Below are positions 57,726-64,000 of a stretch of 64,000 nt of DNA, piece after piece. Numbering within the stretch: the stretch's first letter is position 1; each line of letters starts with the position of its first letter. A program made the position numbers and the translations under genes. The stretch spans positions 1 to 64,000 of the forward strand of contig CAXXGJ010000012.1 of NCBI GenBank assembly GCA_963677895.2, given 5' to 3'. The DNA is from Treponemataceae bacterium (GTDB lineage: Bacteria > Spirochaetota > Spirochaetia > Treponematales > Rectinemataceae). Under the pieces are notes generated by a model. The model searched no databases and had not been told where the DNA came from. It was given only the letters and a program-made list of their open reading frames with translations.

Positions 57726-58223
57726 ATGAAAGCGTTGCTGAAAACCAGCGACATTCTTGACAAGATCTGCGGCTGGGTCATCGTAGCGCTGTTCATGTTG
57801 ATGACGATTACCTACGCCACGCAGATTTTATTGAGATATGTTTTCGGAACCGGCCTGATGTGGACGGAAGAACTAACCCGCTACGCCGATATATGGGCCG
57901 TGATGATCGGCGCGGCGATGATCGCCAAGCGCAGGAGCCATATCAACGTGAGCGTGCTTGAGGAATACCTGCCCAAAGCGTCCAGGGCTTGGCTCCTCGT
58001 CTTCCAGCAGCTTCTCTCCCTCGTATTTTTCGTCGCGATGTTCTTCATCGCCTTTAAATTCATAAAGCTCGCCGGCACCCAGGTGAGCACCAACATGCGC
58101 ATACCCAAGCGCTGGGTATATTGGATATTCCCGCCCGCCTTCGGAGTGTTCATATTCCAGACCCTTGTCGGAACCCTCAAGGGAGCGCAAGAAGCGAAGA
58201 CCGCCCAGGAGGCCAAATCATGA
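57726..58223 (+). CDS. TRAP small permease (DctQ)
   Basis: QILLRY, WTEELTRY, HINV; AAGGAG RBS. Confidence 0.88.
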   Translation: MKALLKTSDILDKICGWVIVALFMLMTITYATQILLRYVFGTGLMWTEELTRYADIWAVMIGAAMIAKRRSHINVSVLEEYLPKASRAWLLVFQQLLSLVFFVAMFFIAFKFIKLAGTQVSTNMRIPKRWVYWIFPPAFGVFIFQTLVGTLKGAQEAKTAQEAKS

Positions 58224-59484
58224 CCCTGCTGCTTTTCGGATCCGTCCTTGTCCTCCTGGCGGTAGGCGCTCCCATCGTCACGGCGATGGGCGGCTCAGCC
58301 CTTCTCACCATATTCGCGTCGGGCATCAATCCCACCACGGCTGTCCAGCGCTTTTTCGCGAGCATCGATTCGGCGGCCCTCTTGGCCATCCCCTTCTTCA
58401 TCCTCGCCGGCGACCTCATGAACAAGGGCGGACTCGCGAAGCGCCTCATCGGTTTCGCGGGCCTCTTCGTGTCGAAGATTACGGGCGGCATGGGCATGAC
58501 GGCCATCCTCGCCTGCATGCTCTTCGCCGCCATCTCTGGCTCGGGCATAGCCACCGCCGCGGCTATCGGCGGTGTCATGATCTCGGGCTTCAAGGACCAC
58601 GGCTATAAGCCAGCCTACGCGGCGGCCATCGTGGGATCGGCGAGCCCTATCGGCATAATCATCCCGCCGAGCATCGCTTTCATCATCTATGGAACGCTGT
58701 CCAAGGCATCGGTAGGCCAGCTCTACAAAGTCGGCTTCCCCGCAGGAATCATGGTAGGCGTCGCCTTGATGGTCGTCACCTTCTTCACCGCGAAAAAGCA
58801 TAAGATTCCCCGCGAGTCCAAGGGCCTCGGCAGCAAATCCGTCAAGGAAGTGGTGATCGACACAGCTTGTCGCCCTCGGCACGCCCGTGATCATCAGTGG
58901 GCGGCGTCTTTCTCGGCGTCTTCACCCCCACCGAATCGGCGGTCGCGGCTGTCATTTATTCCATTATTATCGGCGTTTTCGTGTTCAAGGAAATAAAGCT
59001 CAAGGAGCTGCCCGGCATATTCCTCCAGTCGGCCATCAGCTCGGCGGGCATCATGATCATCATCGCGGCCGCTTCCCTCTTCGCCTGGACCATGGTCTAC
59101 ATGCAGATTCCCCAGAAAGCCTTCGAGGCCGTGCTTTCCGTCGGCATGAGCAAATACACCCTCCTTTTCGTCGTCAATATCATTGTCCTGATAGCGGGCA
59201 TGTTCATGGAGTCGGGCTCGATACAGATCATCCTCGTGCCCCTCCTGCTGCCTATCCTCGAAGTGCTGCAGATCGACCTCGTGCACTTCGGCATCATTCT
59301 GACGACCAACCTCGCGATCGGCATGCTCACCCCTCCCTTCGGACTGACTCTCTTTACCGCGTCGCGCGTGCTGAAGGCTGATTTAAAGGATACTATCAAG
59401 GAAGCTTGGCCCTTCCTGGGCGCGATGGTCATAGTCCTGATGATCATCACCTATGTGCCGGCCTCGGTGATGTGGATTTTGTGA
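58220..59484 (+). pseudogene. TRAP large permease (DctM); two apparent +1 insertions
   Basis: LLAIPFFILAG, ISGSGIA, IIPPS | ALGTPVII | GGVFLGVFTPTES, TPPFG; breaks near 58865 and 58897. Confidence 0.85.
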
Positions 59485-59506
59485 GAAGGCGCCTATTCCC
59501 CGTCAT

Positions 59507-60313
59507 TCATCGCTTGAGGCGCTTTTCCAGCGTCCTGACGAGGAGGGATAGGCTGAGCGTGAGGCAGAGGTAGAAGAAGGCGACGGCGTTGTAAGTCTCG
59601 AAAAACTTGAAGGTGGAGGCCGCGTAGACCTTGCCAAGCTGGGTGATATCCTGGACGCCGAGGGCGGAAACGAGCGATGAATCCTTGATGATGGCGACGA
59701 ATTCGTTGCCGAGGGCGGGCAGGACATTCCTGATAGCCTGGGGCAGAACGATGCGCCACATCACCTGAAGGTGCGACATCCCGAGGGCTTCGGCGGCTTC
59801 GACCTGGCCTTTGTCCACGCTCTCTATGCCCGCGCGGAAGATTTCAGCGATGAAAGCCGAGTAGCCGAGGGTGAGGGCCAGGACGGCGCGCGTGGCGAAA
59901 TCGAAGCTGCGCGCCTCGACACGGCCGATGAGCCCCGACGCGATGAGCGGTGTCAGGATGACGTTGAGCGCTTGAGCGAGAGCGGGAGCGCCGACGAAGG
60001 CTATGTAGTACAGTATGACGAGCATGGGAAGGCCGCGCACCAGCTCGATGTAGAAGGTCGCCACTTCGCGAGCGGTGCGGAGCCGCGACGAACGCAGGAG
60101 CCCCAGCCCGAGGCCGAATAGTATCGACGCGGCATACGCGATGAGCGATACCATCAGCGTGACGCCGAGACCGCGCGACACGGCGCCGAATATGACGCGA
60201 TAATCGGCCGCGGCCATGGCGGACGCGAGGAGCCAGCCCCCGAGGCCTACGATGGCGACGAGCCACCAGGGGATGCGATCCAGTGCCGTCTGCTTAATTC
60301 GGGGTCTGCGCAT
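59507..60313 (-). CDS. Polar amino acid ABC permease (HisM/GlnP-like)
   Basis: YIELVRGLP, AEIFRAGIESVDKGQVEAAEALG, LPQA, IKDSSL. Confidence 0.92.
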   Translation of the reverse strand: MRRPRIKQTALDRIPWWLVAIVGLGGWLLASAMAAADYRVIFGAVSRGLGVTLMVSLIAYAASILFGLGLGLLRSSRLRTAREVATFYIELVRGLPMLVILYYIAFVGAPALAQALNVILTPLIASGLIGRVEARSFDFATRAVLALTLGYSAFIAEIFRAGIESVDKGQVEAAEALGMSHLQVMWRIVLPQAIRNVLPALGNEFVAIIKDSSLVSALGVQDITQLGKVYAASTFKFFETYNAVAFFYLCLTLSLSLLVRTLEKRLKR

Positions 60314-62173
60314 AAGATGGTCCTTTTACCTGCATTGGTCCCTCGCAGGGCAATTCGATGAAAAAGACGGTATTGCCCGGTTCGCTTTCGCACCATATCC
60401 TGCCGCCATGAACTTCCGTTATATGTTTGCAGATCGACAGGCCAAGGCCGGCATGTCCGTTTCCGCTTTTTTCGCTCAGGAAGGGCGTGAAAAGACTGGC
60501 GATCTTGGCAGGCGGGATGCCGGGGCCGCTGTCCCGTACCTGCAGGAGGGCGCTATTGTCGGCCTGCTTCCGAAGTCGGACTACGATGGAACCACAGCGT
60601 CCCGCTACATCGAGCGCATTCATGAGGAGATTGATCAGAACTTGTTTGATTCTGGCGGGATCTATACGCAGCATCACCGGTTCGCTGGGTATATCGGCTT
60701 CCAGGCTGATGCCGAGACGTTCCGCTTCGTATTCAAGCAGGACAAGCGAATCCTTGATGACCGCGTTGATGTCATGCGGGCTCAATGCCGACGAATCGAC
60801 GCTCGAAAAGGACAGGAGATTAAGCATGCTTCCATGAATTCGCTTTATCTCATTTCGGATGATTTCGAGCCTTTCACGCGCATACTCGTCGTTCGTCTTC
60901 ATGAGCAGGAGTTCCACATAGTTGGAGATGATGCCGAGAGGATTGTTCACTTCGTGAACTATGCCCGTCGCCAACTGGGCGATGGACGAAGTTCGGTCTA
61001 GGCTTGCTAGATAGTCCCGTGTCGCCCGTTCTTCCGTTACGTCCTGAAGTACGAGGATGGTTCCAAATAGCTGTTTTAGACTGTCGTGGAAGGGTAGGTC
61101 ATCACATTGACGAATCTGCCGTTCGCCGTCGGCCACTGTTTCCATTTCGCCGGCACTCCCGATCTTATGGAATCCATGATCAGCGCCAGTCGTTTATCGC
61201 CGAAACCATTCCGCAGCGCCAAGGCGGTCAGGGGAATAGCCGCCGCAGGTTCTCCCGCCTGTGACGCGGGAATCAGCGTTTTTGGGTCCGTGCAGATAAT
61301 GTCGCAGGCCGATTGATTCGAGAGGTATATTTCGCCTTCCCCGTCGAAAAAGACCGTTCCCAAGGGGAGATTGGAGACAATTTCCTCATTGTACTTTTTG
61401 TATTTCAGCAGGCGGATATTCTTGCTGAACAGTTCTTCCCTCGACTCGTTGAAAGAATAGGCGAGATCGACAATGTCCTCTCGGTCAAGGCTTCTGGCCG
61501 GTTGGGTTTCGACGATTCTTCCCGCTTTTATAATCGATATGATATCAGCGATCCTCAGCACCTCGTCGACGTTGGAAGCCGCATAAAGAACTGCCTCATT
61601 ACCGCTCCGTCTTTCCGCTAAAACGGAATAGAGCACCTGCATTTCGTCGGCGGTAAAGCGACCCGAAGGCTCATCCAGAATAAGAATTCTCGGATTAAAG
61701 GCCAAAGCTCGCCCTAGCTCGATGACGGTGGATTCTATTCTCGCCAGCCGATGCATGGGTAGACGCAGATCCGGATGAAGGCTCCACTTTTCGCAGAGCG
61801 CGAGAATGAAGGCCTCTATTTCATCGCGCATATTGCCCGACGAAAAACCGATGGACATCCTCCCGGCCATGATGTTTTCCCAGGGCAGAAGAGTCGGAAT
61901 GATGTTCTGCGTTTGATGGAAAACGCCAATACCAGCCTGGGCCATAATCTTTGGATTGCGTTTCACCAGGGGGATGCCATCGATGAGAATCTTGCCTCTA
62001 TTGAGGATCATCTTTCCTTCGAGGAGGGAGACGATGCACGATTTACCCGCCCTGCGTTCCCCGATGATGGCGTGCACTTCACCGCTCGCCGCCATCAGGC
62101 TGAACTCGTCGAGCGCTATCGTCTCCCTGTAGGAAGCCGTGACGCCACGGAGCTCAAGTCCTTGCATCGTCAT
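60294..62173 (-). CDS. Sensor histidine kinase: degenerate sugar-ABC ATPase domain + PAS + HisKA + HATPase_c (one frameshift near 61090)
   Basis: GEVHAIIGERRAGKS, ILILDEPSG; PAS-like NEEIVSNLPLGTVFFD..YLSNQSA..VNVMTYP|FHD..GTILVLQDVTE; HEVNNPL, QVLINLLMNA, DSGPGI, GLGLSI. Confidence 0.82.
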
Positions 62174-63533
62174 CCATGCCAAGCTTTTCGAGCTTGTTGT
62201 AGAGGGTTCGTCGCGGTATTCCCAACAGCCGAGCGGCCTCCGTCCTGTTTCCCTTTGCCTTGTCGAGCGCTTCAAGAATCATGTTACGCTCCAATACCTG
62301 CCGTGCCTCACTCATCGAATTCCGGGATGCATCCGATTCCTTTGATTCATCGAGGCAGGAAGCGACTACGTTTCTGCCTATTCCCATCTTGTACTGTTGC
62401 GGAAGATGCCTGGGGCCAAGGTGGCGGCCGTCACAGAAGATGATGGCGCGCTCGATGCAGTTTTTCAGTTCACGGACATTTCCGGGCCAGGGCTGCGCCT
62501 CGAGGATGGCTAGGAACTCATCGTCGATGAGGGGTTCTTCCTTCCCGTAGGAACGCGAGAAATCGGCGACGAAACGTTTCGCGAGAACGGGAATGTCCTC
62601 GATATGCTCGCGAAGAGGGGGAGTCTGGATGCAGATCACCGAGAGCCGGTAATAAAGGTCTTCCCTGAACATGCCTTTTTCGATGAGCGTGTGCAGGTTC
62701 TGGTTGGTCGCCGATATGATCCGGGTATTGGCATTAAGGTCCTTGGTGCCGCCCAACCTGCGGAATTCCCCTCCCTGAAGTATATGAAGGAGTTTCGACT
62801 GGAGACGGATGTCCATATCCCCGATTTCATCGAGGAAGACGCTGCCCTGACTGGCGCTTTCGAAAAGCCCCGCTTTTCGTGCAAGAGCGCCCGTGAAGGC
62901 TCCTTTTTCGTAGCCGAACAGCTCGCTTTCGAGAAGTGTGTCGGGTATCGCGGCGCAGTTGATTTTCATGAAAGGATGGGCGGAGCGCAGGGACTGGTTA
63001 TGTATAGCTTCGGCTACCAGTTCCTTTCCCGTGCCGCTTTCGCCCGTGATGATGACGGAGGCTTCCGTGGGGGCGATGCGCTCGATCGATTCCCGCAGTT
63101 CGCGAATGACCAGGCTTTCTCCGTAGAGGGCGCCGACAGCATGATTGGGAGTTTCCGGCAGCTGATTGGCGCCTGCCAGTTTGCATTGATTCAGCTGGTC
63201 ACGCAGCTTCCTGAAATCCAGCGGCTTGGTGAAAAAGTCCATGGCGCCGTATTTCATGGCCAGCACCGCGGTTTCCACGGACGGGTAACCTGTCATCATG
63301 AAAATCCTGAGGTTGGGCGATATGTCGCGGAGCTCCTGGATGAGATCTAGGCCGCCGCGACCCGGCATGCGCACGTCCACGATGGCTATGTCGGGATGGC
63401 CACCGCTAGTCTGTTCGAGCGCGGAGACGGCGCCGTCCGCCAACATCGTCTGGTAGCCTTCGCTCTGCAGGAGTTCGCCGAGCGAAGCCCTCATGGGCTG
63501 CTCGTCGTCGACGATAAGTACCTTCGTTTTCAT
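62154..63533 (-). CDS. Sigma54-dependent response regulator (NtrC family)
   Basis: REC (IVDD, DVRMP, KP), GESGTGKE, ESELFG, GAFTGA, FLDEIG, WPGNVREL, Fis-type HTH. Confidence 0.96.
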   Translation of the reverse strand: MKTKVLIVDDEQPMRASLGELLQSEGYQTMLADGAVSALEQTSGGHPDIAIVDVRMPGRGGLDLIQELRDISPNLRIFMMTGYPSVETAVLAMKYGAMDFFTKPLDFRKLRDQLNQCKLAGANQLPETPNHAVGALYGESLVIRELRESIERIAPTEASVIITGESGTGKELVAEAIHNQSLRSAHPFMKINCAAIPDTLLESELFGYEKGAFTGALARKAGLFESASQGSVFLDEIGDMDIRLQSKLLHILQGGEFRRLGGTKDLNANTRIISATNQNLHTLIEKGMFREDLYYRLSVICIQTPPLREHIEDIPVLAKRFVADFSRSYGKEEPLIDDEFLAILEAQPWPGNVRELKNCIERAIIFCDGRHLGPRHLPQQYKMGIGRNVVASCLDESKESDASRNSMSEARQVLERNMILEALDKAKGNRTEAARLLGIPRRTLYNKLEKLGMDDDART

Positions 63534-63584
63534 ACCGTGCCGCCAGTGTATACCATTTGGCTCGAAAGGACAAAGGCGAATCGC

Positions 63585-63998
63585 TCAGCGGGGCTTCTTC
63601 TTGGAGTAGGAGTCGATGCCCACGACTACCAGGATGATCAGGCCTTTTATGACATACTGGATGAAGACCGGCACGCCGAGGAGATTGAACGCGTTGGTGA
63701 CGACGGTAAGGAGAAGGACACCTATCATGGCGCCGAGAACCGTGCCTTCGCCGCCGGAAACCGAGGTGCCGCCGATGACCACCGCCGCGATGGCGTCCAT
63801 GTCATAATTCTGCCCCGCGAGAGGCGTGGCCGACGAAAGTCGGGATGCGTAGACGACGCCTGAGATGCCCGCCATAAGGCCGCCGATGAGGAAAGTCATG
63901 ACGTGGTAGAAGTCCACGGAGACTCCGGCAAGCCGCGTCGCTTCTTTGTTGCCGCCGACGGCGCAGCAGTAGCGGCCGAGCTGGGTCTTGGAGAGAAT
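63585..63998 (-). CDS. Sugar ABC permease (RbsC-like), 5' part outside the window
   Basis: GRYCCAVGGNKEATRLAGV, DMDAIAAVVIGGTS, IKGLIIL; frame open to the window end. Confidence 0.9.
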   Translation of the reverse strand: MLSKTQLGRYCCAVGGNKEATRLAGVSVDFYHVMTFLIGGLMAGISGVVYASRLSSATPLAGQNYDMDAIAAVVIGGTSVSGGEGTVLGAMIGVLLLTVVTNAFNLLGVPVFIQYVIKGLIILVVVGIDSYSKKKPR

Positions 63999-64000
63999 GA

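Noticed and set aside
61085..61097. Programmed -1 ribosomal frameshift in the kinase gene
   Set aside because: The site C CCT TCC is not a canonical X XXY YYZ slippery heptamer, and neighbouring genes show several indels, so error or mutation is more likely.

Overview
GC-rich bacterial chromosomal window, probably from an anaerobic spirochaete (Treponema/Rectinema-like). This is inferred from gene content, not confirmed. It holds about 60 CDS; I found no rRNA, tRNA, CRISPR/cas, integrase or transposase. The core-like block is leuS, slyD, uppP and ftsK. Around it lie many transporter and catabolic loci: a DUF3798 ABC operon, an IclR-associated sugar/cyclitol locus (ABC importer, IolD-like ThDP enzyme, RpiB-like isomerase, fused transketolase, Gfo/Idh/MocA-SCP2 fusion, SauS-like CoA-acylating aldehyde dehydrogenase), three TRAP systems, a sugar-acid aldolase cluster, and a lower meta-cleavage pathway with no dioxygenase that carries clustered frameshifts. 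The most notable features are: (1) a cytoplasmic histidine kinase whose N-terminus is a degenerate sugar-ABC ATPase domain (split by one frameshift), next to a sigma54 response regulator and ABC permeases, a candidate transporter-coupled signalling system; (2) a MazG-like plus nuclease-helicase (DUF2075) pair, a candidate defence module; (3) the uncharacterised catabolic locus with a predicted operator ATTGTACAAT; (4) a 7-copy 16-bp intergenic repeat array.
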